From Trueperaceae bacterium (GTDB lineage Bacteria > Deinococcota > Deinococci > Deinococcales > Trueperaceae), in NCBI GenBank assembly GCA_035703635.1, contig DASSXV010000041.1, positions 1 to 64,000 on the forward strand: a DNA stretch of 64,000 bases. Reading direction: 5' to 3'. This document shows, piece by piece, positions 1-9,936 of this stretch (position 1 is its first letter; each line of letters begins with the position of its first letter). Below the pieces are notes generated by a model that saw only the letters and a list, made by a program, of their open reading frames with translations, made no database searches and had not been told where the DNA came from. Position numbers and translations under genes: made by a program.

Positions 1-1365
1 AACGACAACGAGATGTCGATCAGCGAGAACGTCGGCGCCATCAACCATTACATGCGCACGTTGCAGGTGCAGCCGTGGTTCCAGCAGGCGGAGGACCGCG
101 CCAAGCAGCGCCTCACGCGGCTGTGGGAGCCGCTAGCCGACATGGGCAGCCGCGCGAAGAAGGCAGCCCGGCGCTTCTTCGACCCGGCAAGCAACAACCC
201 CTTCCACGCCATGGGCGTGCGTTACGTGGGGCCGATAGACGGGCACGACATCCCACAGTTGCTCTACTACTTGGCGAAGATCCGCGAACTCGACGGCCCG
301 ACCATGCTGCACATCGTCACGCGCAAAGGCAAGGGCTACAAGGCCGCCGAGAGCGACCCGATCGCGTGGCACGGCGCGTCCAGCTTCGACCCTGTTCACC
401 CCGTTGCCAAGGGCGCCAGCTACACCTGGGCGAAGGCGTTCGGTGACGCCGCCAGCGCCCTGGCCGCAGCCGACGACCGCGTATGGGTGATTACGCCAGC
501 CATGCGCGAGGGCAGCGGCCTGGTCGACTACAGCAAGGAGCACCCGGAGCGCTACATCGACGTTGGCATCGCCGAGGACGTAGCCGTCACCCTTGGCGCG
601 GGGCTGGCATTAAGGGGCGAGAAGCCCATCGTGGCCATCTACTCCACGTTCCTGCAGCGCGGCTTCGACCAAGTCATCCACGACGTTGCCCTCGAAGAGT
701 TGGACGTGGTGTTCGCCATCGACCGCGCGGGCCTGGTCGGCGGCGACGGCGCCACCCACCAAGGCGTCTACGACCTCGCCTACCTGCGGACCATCCCGCA
801 CGTAAGCGTGGGCATGCCGAAGGACGCCAGCGAGATGCGCGGCATGCTCAAAGCCGCCATCCGCCTCGGCGGCCCCAAGGCCATCCGCTGGCCACGCGGT
901 GGCGTGAAAGCCGCCCCGGAGCTTCCGGTGGCGGAGTGGCCAGAGGTCGCGTGGGGCACTTGGGAGCTCGTCAAGGACGGCAGCGAAGTGTTCGTCCTAG
1001 GGCTAGGGCCCACCCTCAGGTACGCCCTAGAAGCGGTAGGCGACAACCCGCGCGTCGGTGTCGTGAACGCGCGCTTCGTCAAACCACTCGACCGCGCCAT
1101 GCTCGCCCGCATCGCAGGCACGGCGCGCACCATCATCACGGTCGAGGACCACACCGTCGTCGGCGGGTTAGGCAGCGCCGTGTTGGAGGCGCTCTCTGAC
1201 CTCGGACTAAGCGTGCCTGTCGTGCGCCTCGGCATTCAGGACACTACCGTGCCGCATGGTGACCCGACCGCCCAGCACGAGGAGTACGGTTACGGTCCGC
1301 AGGCCATCCGCCGAGCGTTAGCGGACCTTGGGCAGTTCGCGGCAGGCAACGTCCGCGCGCGCTGA
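1..1365 (+). CDS. dxs: 1-deoxy-D-xylulose-5-phosphate synthase (5'-truncated by window edge)
   Basis: Frame 1 open from base 1: NDNEMSI (ThDP motif), YVGPIDGHD, TRKGKGY, ITPAMREGSG, DVGIAE, IYSTFLQRGFDQVIHDV, DRAGLVGGDGATHQG, ARFVKPLD. Confidence 0.96.
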   Translation, partial: NDNEMSISENVGAINHYMRTLQVQPWFQQAEDRAKQRLTRLWEPLADMGSRAKKAARRFFDPASNNPFHAMGVRYVGPIDGHDIPQLLYYLAKIRELDGPTMLHIVTRKGKGYKAAESDPIAWHGASSFDPVHPVAKGASYTWAKAFGDAASALAAADDRVWVITPAMREGSGLVDYSKEHPERYIDVGIAEDVAVTLGAGLALRGEKPIVAIYSTFLQRGFDQVIHDVALEELDVVFAIDRAGLVGGDGATHQGVYDLAYLRTIPHVSVGMPKDASEMRGMLKAAIRLGGPKAIRWPRGGVKAAPELPVAEWPEVAWGTWELVKDGSEVFVLGLGPTLRYALEAVGDNPRVGVVNARFVKPLDRAMLARIAGTARTIITVEDHTVVGGLGSAVLEALSDLGLSVPVVRLGIQDTTVPHGDPTAQHEEYGYGPQAIRRALADLGQFAAGNVRAR

Positions 1366-1371
1366 CGCTCG

Positions 1372-1401
1372 TTGACACACCCAGCGCCAGCCAGGTATCC
1401 T
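1372..1401 (+). promoter_or_regulatory. Sigma70-type promoter for tRNA cluster
   Basis: TTGACA (1372-1377), 18 nt, TATCCT (1396-1401) upstream of tRNA-Asp. Confidence 0.7.
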
Positions 1402-1455
1402 ACGCTTCGCCCTGGGGCCGGTAATACCGACCAGAACGGCACCAAGGCGAATCGC

Positions 1456-1531
1456 GGAGCCGTAGTGTAGCGGTTAGCATATCTGCCTGTCACGCAGAAG
1501 GTCGCGGGTTCAAATCCCGTCGGCTCCGCCA
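1456..1531 (+). tRNA. tRNA-Asp (GTC)
   Basis: Acceptor GGAGCCG/CGGCTCC, anticodon arm TCTGC-CTGTCAC-GCAGA, GGTTCAAATCC T arm, encoded CCA. Confidence 0.97.
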
Positions 1532-1595
1532 AGATCCGAGGGTCACAAGGGCGAGCGCACCCCTAAACGGAGCGCTCCCCGCGGCCCAAGGGCGC

Positions 1596-1671
1596 GGCCA
1601 GGTAGCTCAGTCGGTAGAGCATGCGACTGAAAATCGCAGTGTCGGCAGTTCAATTCTGCCCCTGGCCACCA
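1596..1671 (+). tRNA. tRNA-Phe (GAA)
   Basis: Acceptor GGCCAGG/CCTGGCC, anticodon arm TGCGA-CTGAAAA-TCGCA, GTTCAA T loop, CCA end. Confidence 0.97.
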
Positions 1672-1761
1672 GAGTTCGTGGGCGCCGCCTTCCCTAACGG
1701 GCGGGCGGCGCAACACCTACGAACCGAGCAGAAGCGCGCGACCCCCGCACAAGCAGGCCGC

Positions 1762-1836
1762 GCCAATGTAGCTCAGCGGTAGAGCAGCCGATTCGTAATC
1801 GGCAGGTCGTCGGTTCAAATCCGACCATTGGCTCCA
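1762..1836 (+). tRNA. tRNA-Thr (CGT)
   Basis: Acceptor GCCAATG/CATTGGC, anticodon arm GCCGA-TTCGTAA-TCGGC, GGTTCAAATCC, CCA end. Confidence 0.97.
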
Positions 1837-1841
1837 CTGAG

Positions 1842-1879
1842 GAACCCCGTCCAGGCTGCAAGTGCTGGACGGGGTTCTC
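1842..1879 (+). terminator. Hairpin after tRNA-Thr (probable terminator)
   Basis: 13-bp inverted repeat GAACCCCGTCCAG / CTGGACGGGGTTC; weak U tract. Confidence 0.6.
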
Positions 1880-2009
1880 GCACGTAGCCTCTCGCGCCCC
1901 GGGTGGGCCGTTTCGCCGCCCTACGCCCGCATCTCCTGGTGTGCGCCGACGCCTGGAGAGGGGTGGCGTTGTTGGTGCGCCGCTACACGTGGGTGTAGTG
2001 TGGCGCGTG

Positions 2010-2774
2010 ATGTCGTTTTCCTGGCGTTCTCTCGTTATCGGGTTGGCAGGCGGTTTCTTCGGCAGCATGGTCGGCCTTGGCGGCGCGGTCATCATCATTC
2101 CCTTGCTCACTGGCTGGGCCAAGGTCAGCCAGCACAAGGCGCACGCTACCAGCCTCGTCGCCGTCGTCTTCACCGGCCTCATCGGGGCAGCGGCGTACGC
2201 GGGCGGTGGCGCGCTCGACTGGGGCATCGCCGTGCCCGTCGCCATCGCCGCCGTAATCACCTCGACGGTCGCCGCAGCGTACTCGTCGCGCGTGCCTGCC
2301 GGGCTACTCAAGCGCATCTTCGGCGGGTTGTTGGTGGCCGCGGCCCTCGTGTTGATCCTCGGTTTCGAGATAAGCGGTCAGGGTATCGGTGGCGCGTGGC
2401 GCTTGCCTGCCGCCGTGGTGCTCGGCCTCATGTCTGGCACGCTTACGGGGCTGTTGGGCATCGGCGGCGGCGCCTTCGTCGTACCGCTGCTCGTGTTCGC
2501 CTTCGGACTCGACCAGCACCTCGCCCAAGGCACGAGCCTGGCCGTCATGATCCCTGCTGGTATAGCCGGCACGGTGGTTCACGCCACCAACCGCCGCATC
2601 GACCTTCGGCTCGTCGTCGGGCTGATCATCGGCGTTGCCATCGGCGCTTTCGGTGGCGGCAAGTTGGCGTTGCTCACCCCGGAGCGGCCGCTGCAGATCA
2701 TCTTCGGCATCATTCTCTTGTGGACTGGCGCGCGCTACCTCAGACCCACGCCGAAAGCGAGCAAGGCTAACTGA
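2010..2774 (+). CDS. Sulfite exporter TauE/SafE family membrane protein
   Basis: Two internally repeated halves with GLGGAVIIIP / GIGGGAFVVP and AHATSL / AQGTSL; ~8 TM. Start moved to ATG 2010 (GTG 2007 possible). Confidence 0.88.
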   Translation: MSFSWRSLVIGLAGGFFGSMVGLGGAVIIIPLLTGWAKVSQHKAHATSLVAVVFTGLIGAAAYAGGGALDWGIAVPVAIAAVITSTVAAAYSSRVPAGLLKRIFGGLLVAAALVLILGFEISGQGIGGAWRLPAAVVLGLMSGTLTGLLGIGGGAFVVPLLVFAFGLDQHLAQGTSLAVMIPAGIAGTVVHATNRRIDLRLVVGLIIGVAIGAFGGGKLALLTPERPLQIIFGIILLWTGARYLRPTPKASKAN

Positions 2775-2803
2775 GCGGCGCGGCCTGAAGCCTGTTACAA
2801 CTG

Positions 2804-4567
2804 GTGAGTATGCCCGAGGCGCCGCGCACAAGACGAGGACCAGACCTCACTGTCAACCCGGTGTCCGCGGTTAGAGGCGGGCTGACGCCGTCGCTATGGG
2901 ACCTACTCGCGTTCGCCACCCTGTTGGCGGTTTTCGTCCTCATCGGCTTCGGCACTCGCGGGGTCTTCGGTACCTTGGAGGAGTCGGCGGCCAAGGCCGT
3001 CTCCCTCGATCCACGCCAACTACCGTGGTTCGCGGCGCGCACGAGCCTGAGGATGATCATCGCGCTCGTCGTCTCGACCCTCTTCACCCTCGGCTACGCC
3101 ACGCTGGCCGCGAAGAACCGCCGCGCCCGCACGTTCCTCTTGCCGCTCCTCGACATCCTGCAGTCCGTGCCCATCCTCGGCTTCGTCTCCGCCGTCGTCG
3201 TGCTGTTCATGAACCTAACGCCGGGGCGCGTGCTCGGCGCGGAGCTGGTTGCCGTCTTCGCCATCTTCACCAGCCAGGTCTGGAACATGACGTACAGCCT
3301 CTACCACTCGCTGATCACGGTGCCGCGCGAGCTAGAGGAGATGGCGCACTCGTTCCGCCTCAGTCCATGGATGAGGTTCTGGCGCGTCGAACTGCCGTTC
3401 GCCATGCCCGCGCTCGTGTGGAACGCCATGATGTCGATGTCGGGCGGCTGGTTCTTCGTCGTGGCTGCCGAGTCGATCTCCGTCGGGCGCTCCAGCGTTG
3501 CCCTGCCCGGCGTCGGCACTTACATCGCATCCGCATTGGGGGCCAGCGACCTCGGCGCGGTCGGCTGGGCGGTGCTAACGATGGCCGTCGTGATCCTGCT
3601 GTACGACGTCTTCCTGTTCAGGCCGCTCGTGGCTTGGTCCTCGCGTTTCCATTACGACACCTCGGCCACCACTCAGGTGGCCCCACGCTCGTTGGTACTT
3701 GAGGCCCTGCGCCGCGCGCGCTGGGTCAGCGCCATCCGCGGTCCCCTCGCGCGGTTAGGCCGCGGCAGGCCTGGCGGGCGGGTGCAGCGCCCCATGGCGA
3801 AGGCGCCGAGCGCCGCCATAGTCAGGCGCACCGACCGGCTCTGGGGCGCGCTCGCCGCGCTCGTCACCGTGGCAGCGCTCTGGTTGGTCGTGCGCTACCT
3901 CGCCACGGAGATCGCCTTCGACGAGGTCCTGCACGTCCTCCTCCTAGGTGTCTATACGATGCTGAGGGTGTTCGTGCTCGTCGCGCTCGCCAGCCTCATC
4001 TGGGTGCCGATCGGCGTGCAGGTGGGCCTGCGACCGCGGCTGACCGCGATCGTGCAGCCTTTGGCGCAGTTCTTCGCGGCGTTCCCGGCCAACCTGCTCT
4101 TCCCGGTGGCGGTGTGGGCCATCGTCCGATACCAGCTAGACCCCAACATCTGGCTCAGCCCCCTCATGATCCTCGGATCGCAGTGGTACATCCTTTTCAA
4201 CGTCACGGCCGGGGCTTCCGGTATTCCGGGTGAGCTGCGGGACGTGAGCGCCAACCTGCAGCTCAGGGGCGGGCTGTGGTGGCGCAAGCTAGCGCTGCCC
4301 GCCGTCTTCCCAACCTTCATCACCGGCGCCATCACGGCGTCAGGCGGTGCCTGGAACGCCAGCATCGTCGCCGAGTTCGTACACTGGGGCGACACGACGG
4401 TCGAGGCGGCCGGCCTTGGGACGTACATCGTGGCCGCCACGAACGCTGGCGATCAACCGCGCATCATCCTCGGCATCGCGGTCATGAGCCTCTTCGTGAT
4501 CGTCACCAATCGGGCCATCTGGCAGCCACTACAGCGGCGCGCGAGCGAACGCTTCCGGTTAGCGTGA
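2804..4567 (+). CDS. NitT/TauT-family ABC permease with two fused TM domains
   Basis: Two BPD_transp_1-like repeats (LDILQSVPILGF..., QFFAAFPANLLFP), EAA-like loops; precedes cognate ATPase. Confidence 0.88.
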   Translation: MSMPEAPRTRRGPDLTVNPVSAVRGGLTPSLWDLLAFATLLAVFVLIGFGTRGVFGTLEESAAKAVSLDPRQLPWFAARTSLRMIIALVVSTLFTLGYATLAAKNRRARTFLLPLLDILQSVPILGFVSAVVVLFMNLTPGRVLGAELVAVFAIFTSQVWNMTYSLYHSLITVPRELEEMAHSFRLSPWMRFWRVELPFAMPALVWNAMMSMSGGWFFVVAAESISVGRSSVALPGVGTYIASALGASDLGAVGWAVLTMAVVILLYDVFLFRPLVAWSSRFHYDTSATTQVAPRSLVLEALRRARWVSAIRGPLARLGRGRPGGRVQRPMAKAPSAAIVRRTDRLWGALAALVTVAALWLVVRYLATEIAFDEVLHVLLLGVYTMLRVFVLVALASLIWVPIGVQVGLRPRLTAIVQPLAQFFAAFPANLLFPVAVWAIVRYQLDPNIWLSPLMILGSQWYILFNVTAGASGIPGELRDVSANLQLRGGLWWRKLALPAVFPTFITGAITASGGAWNASIVAEFVHWGDTTVEAAGLGTYIVAATNAGDQPRIILGIAVMSLFVIVTNRAIWQPLQRRASERFRLA

Positions 4568-4575
4568 GGTGAGTT

Positions 4576-5883
4576 GTGACGACCCGGGTAACAGTTCGGC
4601 TCGAAGGCGTAGGCAAGAGCTTCGAGCGCGCCGGCGCCAAGCCGCTTGCCGTACTCGAGGGTGTAGACCTCGAGCTGCGGCACGGTGAGATCCTTGGCAT
4701 CCTCGGGCGCTCAGGCTCGGGCAAGAGCACGCTGCTACGCATGATCGCCGGTTTGACGCCAGCTACGAGCGGTGCGGTGACGTTCAACGGCAAGCCCGTG
4801 ACGGGGCCACCGCCGGGAGTAGCCATGGTGTTCCAGAGTTTCGCGCTGATGCCGTGGCTTACCGTCCTGGAGAACGTGCAGCTCGGGCTGGAGGCGCTAG
4901 GCACCCCGGCGGCGGAAGTGCGTTCGCGTTCAGTCGCCGCGATCGACCTCATCGGGCTCGACGGCTTCGAGCAGGCCTACCCGCGGGAGCTGTCAGGAGG
5001 CATGCGGCAACGCGTTGGCATCGCCAGAGCGCTGGTCGTCAACCCGGAAGTGCTTCTCATGGACGAACCGTTCTCCGCCCTCGACGTCCTGACTGCGGAA
5101 ACGCTGCGCACGGACCTGCTCGACCTGTGGAGCGCCGGGAACCTGCCGATCGGCACCATCGTGCTGGTCACGCACTCGATCGAGGAAGCCGTGCTCATGT
5201 GCGACCGCGTAGTGGTGTTCTCAAGTAAGCCGGGGCGCGTCGTTGCCGAACTGCCGATAGAACTACCGCGCCCACGCGACCGTACAGACCAGGAGTTCGC
5301 GCACCTCGTCGAGCGCCTCTACGCCGAACTCGCTGGCGGGCTGGGCGCCGCGGCGCCACGTCACGTGGCCACCAAAGCGGTCAAAGCGCCGCTTTCCACC
5401 CACCTGCCGGAAGTGTCGACTGGCCTCATGGCCGGCCTCCTCGAGGCGCTAGACGCTCCGCCGTTCTCCGGCCGCGCCGACCTGCCCGTGCTAGCCACCA
5501 CCTTGCGCATGGAGGTCGACGATCTCTTCCCGGTCGCCGACGTACTGCACCTCCTCGGGTTCGGTCGCCTCGAAGATGGTGACCTCGTCCTCACCAACTT
5601 GGGCTCGCAGTTCGCGGAGGCGGACGTCGACGAGCGCAAGGAGCTCTTCGGCCGCCAGCTGATCGCCAACGTCGAGCTGATCGGCCACGTGCTGCAGGTG
5701 CTAAACGAGCGCAGCGACCACCGCGCGCCTTACGCCCGCTTCAGTGCGGAACTCGAGGACCACCTCGCCCCGTTCGCGGCGGAGGAGACGCTGCGCACCG
5801 CCATCACCTGGGGTAGGTATGCCGAACTCCTCAGTTACGACGACCGGTCTCATATGCTTGGACTAGAGGACGTGACGGCATGA
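4576..5883 (+). CDS. NitT/TauT ABC ATP-binding protein with C-terminal AAA-associated domain
   Basis: [27 protein letters not shown]-terminal extension DDLFP...WGRYAEL. Confidence 0.9.
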   Translation: MTTRVTVRLEGVGKSFERAGAKPLAVLEGVDLELRHGEILGILGRSGSGKSTLLRMIAGLTPATSGAVTFNGKPVTGPPPGVAMVFQSFALMPWLTVLENVQLGLEALGTPAAEVRSRSVAAIDLIGLDGFEQAYPRELSGGMRQRVGIARALVVNPEVLLMDEPFSALDVLTAETLRTDLLDLWSAGNLPIGTIVLVTHSIEEAVLMCDRVVVFSSKPGRVVAELPIELPRPRDRTDQEFAHLVERLYAELAGGLGAAAPRHVATKAVKAPLSTHLPEVSTGLMAGLLEALDAPPFSGRADLPVLATTLRMEVDDLFPVADVLHLLGFGRLEDGDLVLTNLGSQFAEADVDERKELFGRQLIANVELIGHVLQVLNERSDHRAPYARFSAELEDHLAPFAAEETLRTAITWGRYAELLSYDDRSHMLGLEDVTA

Positions 5884-6560
5884 GTTCAACTGCTGTGCAC
5901 CGTAAGTCCGGGTTACGCGAACCAGTCAACGCCATAACGCACATGGTTGGAGCCGGGCTGGCGCTGGCCGCGACCGTGGCGTTGGTCGTGCTGGCTTGGG
6001 GCAACGGGCTGGCGTTGGTGGCGTTCATCGTCTACGGCCTGTCGTCAGTCATACTGTTCACCGCGAGCACCTTGCTGCACGCCATCACGGCCGAGCCGCC
6101 AGTCGAGCGCTGGCTCAGGCGCCTCGACCACGGCGCCATCTACCTGCTCATCGCTGGTTCCTACACGCCCATAACCTTGGTGGCGCTGCAACCGGAGTAC
6201 GCGACGTGGGGTTGGGCGCTCTTCGGGCTCGTGTGGCTGTGCGCGGTTGGCGGCCTGCTCTTCAAGACGTTCTGGCTGGGAGCACCGCGCTGGCTGAGCA
6301 CTGCGCTCTACCTGGCGATGGGGTGGCTCCTCGTCATAGCCATCGTGCCAGTAGCGCGCTCGCTAGGCACGACCAACATGGTGTTCTTGGCGTTGGGTGG
6401 GGTGTTCTATAGCGTTGGCGCCGTCATCTACGGCGGCAAACGGCCCAGGTTGTGGCCCAACGTGTTCGGCTACCACGAGCTTTGGCACTTGTTCGTTCTA
6501 GCGGGTTGGGGTAGCCATCTCGTGATAATGCTGCGCCTCGCAGCCGCCGCTGGTGCGTGA
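5880..6560 (+). CDS. Hemolysin III / PAQR family membrane protein
   Basis: [48 protein letters not shown] overlap with ATPase. Confidence 0.92.
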   Translation: MSSTAVHRKSGLREPVNAITHMVGAGLALAATVALVVLAWGNGLALVAFIVYGLSSVILFTASTLLHAITAEPPVERWLRRLDHGAIYLLIAGSYTPITLVALQPEYATWGWALFGLVWLCAVGGLLFKTFWLGAPRWLSTALYLAMGWLLVIAIVPVARSLGTTNMVFLALGGVFYSVGAVIYGGKRPRLWPNVFGYHELWHLFVLAGWGSHLVIMLRLAAAAGA

Positions 6561-6581
6561 GAGGCGCAGTCGCTAACGCAA

Positions 6582-8129
6582 CTAGAAGCGCTCGGTGATG
6601 CTCTTCATCTCCATGAAGTTCTTGAGGTAGTCGGGGCCGCCGGCCTTGGTGTTCGAGCCGGACATCTTGAAGCCGCCGAACGGTTGCACGCCGACGAGCG
6701 CGCCCGTGATCTTCCTGTTGAGGTAGAGGTTGCCTGCCTGGAAGTCGGCGCGGGCGCGGGCGAGGCGCTCACGGTCCTTGCTGATCACGCCACCCGTTAA
6801 TGCGTAGACGCTGCCGTTGACGATCTCGAGGGCGTGGTCGAAGTCGCGGGCGCGCAGCACGGCTAAGACTGGTCCGAAGATCTCGTCGCACGCGATGCTT
6901 GCACCTACCGGCACGTCAGCGAACACGGTAGGGGCGATGTACCAACCGTTGCCCTCGGCCGCCGTTCCGCCTGCCACCAGGCGCGCTTCCGACTTGCCAG
7001 CCTCGATGTAACCCAAGATCTTCTGGTACTGGCGCTCGTTGATGACCGCCGCCACGTCGTGGTTCTCGTCGGCCGGGCCGATGCTCAGCTTCTCCGTTAG
7101 GACGCGGACGCGCTCGACGACTTCGTCGTGAACCTCGTCGATGACGATGAGGCGGCTCAGCGCCGAGCACTTCTGGCCCTGGAACCCGAAGGCGCTCGTG
7201 ACGGCCGCCTGGGCCGCGAGCTCGAGATCGGCCGTCTCGTCAACCACGAGGGCGTCCTTGCCGCCCATCTCGAGGAAGGTGCGTTTCAGCCACGACTGCC
7301 CGGGCTGCACCTTGGCTGCGCGCTCGAAGATGCGCACGCCAGTGGCGACCGAGCCGGTGAAGTTGATGAAGCGCGTGCGCGGGTGGTCGACGAGAGCGTC
7401 GCCAAGTACGGCGTCGTCCCCCGTCAGCAGGTTGATGACGCCGGCGGGGAAGCCAGCCTCAGCCACGAGCTCCATGAACTTGGCGCCGATGATCGGCGTG
7501 GCGGGCGACGGCTTGATGATGACCGTGTTGCCGACCACGACGGGCCCAACGGCGGTGCCGACCAAGATCGCGAGGAGGAAGTTCCACGGCGGGATGACCA
7601 AGCCGACGCCCATCGGCTGGAACACCGTAGTGTTCTCCTCGCCAGGGTAGTCGTAGGTCGGCAGCGGCTCGGCCAGCGGCAGGGCGATGCGAGCGTAGTA
7701 CTCGCAGAAGTCGATGGCCTCCGCCACGTCTGCTATGGCCTCGAGGTAGTTCTTGGAGGCCTCGAAGACGAGCCAAGCGGCGAGCTCGTCGCGTCTGCGA
7801 CGCATTATCGCGGCCAGTTTCACGAGGAGGCGTGCGCGGTCGGCCATACTCCAGCGCGACCAGGTGCCGTACGCCAGCCAGGCGGCGTCCATGGCCAACT
7901 CGATCTCACGAAGACCAGCCTTGCTTGCCCGCCCCACTAGGCGGTCCTTGCGCGAGGGGTCGTAAGACTCGAGGTACTCCCCAGTTGTAACGGGCGCACC
8001 GCCGATGGTAAGCGGGTAATCGCGGCCCAACTGGCCGCGCACGGACTCGAGCGCCTCCTTGAACGCGGCGAGAGTCGCGGGGTCCGAGTAATCGGCGAAA
8101 GGTTCGTTACGGTATGGCTCGAAGAGCAT
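6582..8129 (-). CDS. pruA: 1-pyrroline-5-carboxylate (glutamate semialdehyde) dehydrogenase
   Basis: ALDH motifs PPWNF, FTGS, LEMGGKD, FQGQKCSA, EIFGPV, QPFGGFKMSG; downstream of proline dehydrogenase. Confidence 0.93.
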   Translation of the reverse strand: MLFEPYRNEPFADYSDPATLAAFKEALESVRGQLGRDYPLTIGGAPVTTGEYLESYDPSRKDRLVGRASKAGLREIELAMDAAWLAYGTWSRWSMADRARLLVKLAAIMRRRRDELAAWLVFEASKNYLEAIADVAEAIDFCEYYARIALPLAEPLPTYDYPGEENTTVFQPMGVGLVIPPWNFLLAILVGTAVGPVVVGNTVIIKPSPATPIIGAKFMELVAEAGFPAGVINLLTGDDAVLGDALVDHPRTRFINFTGSVATGVRIFERAAKVQPGQSWLKRTFLEMGGKDALVVDETADLELAAQAAVTSAFGFQGQKCSALSRLIVIDEVHDEVVERVRVLTEKLSIGPADENHDVAAVINERQYQKILGYIEAGKSEARLVAGGTAAEGNGWYIAPTVFADVPVGASIACDEIFGPVLAVLRARDFDHALEIVNGSVYALTGGVISKDRERLARARADFQAGNLYLNRKITGALVGVQPFGGFKMSGSNTKAGGPDYLKNFMEMKSITERF

Positions 8130-8188
8130 GATGGTCTCCTCCCGAGAGCGTCCGCGCCGGTACGACGGACGTGGTCCTGCTGTGGTGG

Positions 8189-9130
8189 TCAGCCGAACAG
8201 GCCGCGCACCACGAACGCTAGGTTGGCGGGGCGCTCGGCAAGTCGCCGACTGAAGTAGCCGTACCAGTCCGCACCGAACGGTACGTACACGCGGACGGGT
8301 ACCCCCTGACCACTGAGGCGCTCCTGCAGTTGCGGTCTCACGCCGAAGAGCATCTGCACCTCGTGATGCTCGGGGCCAAGCTTGGCGCCCTTGGCGTAAG
8401 CGATCAGTTCGCGCAGTAGCCCCTCGTCGTGGGTGCCGATGTTGAGCTTCAGGCCGCCAGCAAGCGCCTGGTATGCCAGGTCGCGGTAGGCGTCCGCGAC
8501 GCGGCTGACGTCCTGGATGGCGTCCGTCGGCGCCTCGCGGTATGCCCCCTTGACCAGCCGCAGGCCAGTGATGCTCGAGAACTCCGACGCTAGAGCGAGC
8601 ATGCGCGCGAGGTCGTCCGGGGTGCGGTGCAGGTAACTCTGCAGCACGGTGCTGACGTGGTGGTGCCCAGCTCGGCGCAGGCGCTCATAGAGATCGAGGG
8701 TCCGGTCAACGTACGGGACGTTCTCCATGTCGAGGCAGACGTGGCCGCCGAGACTGCCGACGACGCCAACGACGTGCTCGGCCAACTCCCACGCCAACTC
8801 GCTGCTTACGCCGAGGCCGAGCTGCGTTGGCTTGACGCTCAGGTAAGGCTCGACGCCGGCAGCGTGCGCGACCCGCACGCTCTCCTCGATCGCGCGCGCC
8901 GTCCCGCGAGCAGCGGCCTCGGTGCCAACGAACTCACCGAGCAAGTCGAGGATGATCCCGCGGCCGCTGGCCTGGATCTTGAGGAGCGCCGGCACCGCCG
9001 TGGCGGCATCCTGACCAGCGACGAACCGCCCAACGCCGACGCGCCACCCATAACGGCTGATCGTCGCCTTGACGAACGGGGCGTCTGCCACGCCGAGGGT
9101 GATGTTGCGGTAAAGGGCTGCTGAGTTCAT
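8189..9130 (-). CDS. Monofunctional proline dehydrogenase
   Basis: RFVAG, DLLGE, SVKPTQLG, LDME, RLVKGAY, GTHD, YVPFGADWYGYFSRRLAERP; start ATG 9130 behind GAGGTG. Confidence 0.93.
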   Translation of the reverse strand: MNSAALYRNITLGVADAPFVKATISRYGWRVGVGRFVAGQDAATAVPALLKIQASGRGIILDLLGEFVGTEAAARGTARAIEESVRVAHAAGVEPYLSVKPTQLGLGVSSELAWELAEHVVGVVGSLGGHVCLDMENVPYVDRTLDLYERLRRAGHHHVSTVLQSYLHRTPDDLARMLALASEFSSITGLRLVKGAYREAPTDAIQDVSRVADAYRDLAYQALAGGLKLNIGTHDEGLLRELIAYAKGAKLGPEHHEVQMLFGVRPQLQERLSGQGVPVRVYVPFGADWYGYFSRRLAERPANLAFVVRGLFG

Positions 9131-9369
9131 CGCGTCACCTCGATTGTAACCAGGGGAGCCGACCGCGCCCGTCCGCGCGAGCAGTCGAGTAAACATTCGA
9201 ACAGTGGCAACAGGGGTGACGCTGCTACCTTGAAGGCAGCGTGTGAGGGCGGGTCCGAGCCTCGAAGCGAGGCGCGAACGCCGCTCGGTCGCCACCTGGA
9301 GGGCCAGCCGCAGATGTCGAGTAACCACTCGCTGTTCTCACACGACTACAACACTAACGGGGCCAGACC

Positions 9370-9936
9370 GTGAGGCTTTATTGTGTTCGCCACGGCGAAA
9401 CTGACTGGGGCTTAGTGGAGTCGCGCGGCGCCAAGGGATGGGCGAAGGATTTCGCGCCCCTAACCGCGCTTGGCCGCTTGCAGATCGACACCATCGCCCG
9501 GGACTACCGGTTGCAGGAGGCGGAGGCCATCCTGTGCAGCACTTACACCCGAGCGCTTGAATCAGGAGCGCTCCTCAGCCGTGCCCTCAACAAGCCGTTG
9601 TTCGTCGAGCACGACTTGCACGAGTGGCTGCCGCAGAAGGACCCGTTCGGTGAGATCGACCCCAAGTCGTTCGAGCGCGCACGCCAGAGCCTGTCGGGCA
9701 CCCGTATCGAGGAAGATGCGCCGTGGGAGTCGCTACAAGAGGTGCGCACCCGCGTCCTGGACGTGCTGCGGCGTTACCGGCGCTTCCAGTCGCTCGTGGT
9801 GGTGACGCATGGGGTCGTGATCGGGAGCCTCGCCGGTGTGCAACGCCTAGTCGACCACGCTGAGATCGTGCCGTTCGACCTCGACCTCGACCAACCGCTT
9901 GCGCCTGTCACGATGCGCCCAGGCGTCGTCAGGTGA
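9370..9936 (+). CDS. Histidine phosphatase (phosphoglycerate mutase) family protein
   Basis: VRHGETD, TRALES, LHEW, VVTHG. Confidence 0.87.
   Translation: MRLYCVRHGETDWGLVESRGAKGWAKDFAPLTALGRLQIDTIARDYRLQEAEAILCSTYTRALESGALLSRALNKPLFVEHDLHEWLPQKDPFGEIDPKSFERARQSLSGTRIEEDAPWESLQEVRTRVLDVLRRYRRFQSLVVVTHGVVIGSLAGVQRLVDHAEIVPFDLDLDQPLAPVTMRPGVVR

Noticed and set aside
1836..6560. Integrative element at tRNA-Thr
   Set aside because: No integrase, no repeat of the tRNA 3' end seen downstream, and no obvious compositional shift.
9240..9344. SRP (4.5S) or 6S RNA
   Set aside because: The size is suggestive, but the CAGG-GRAA-AGCA SRP core and the 6S rod with central bubble are not present on either strand.
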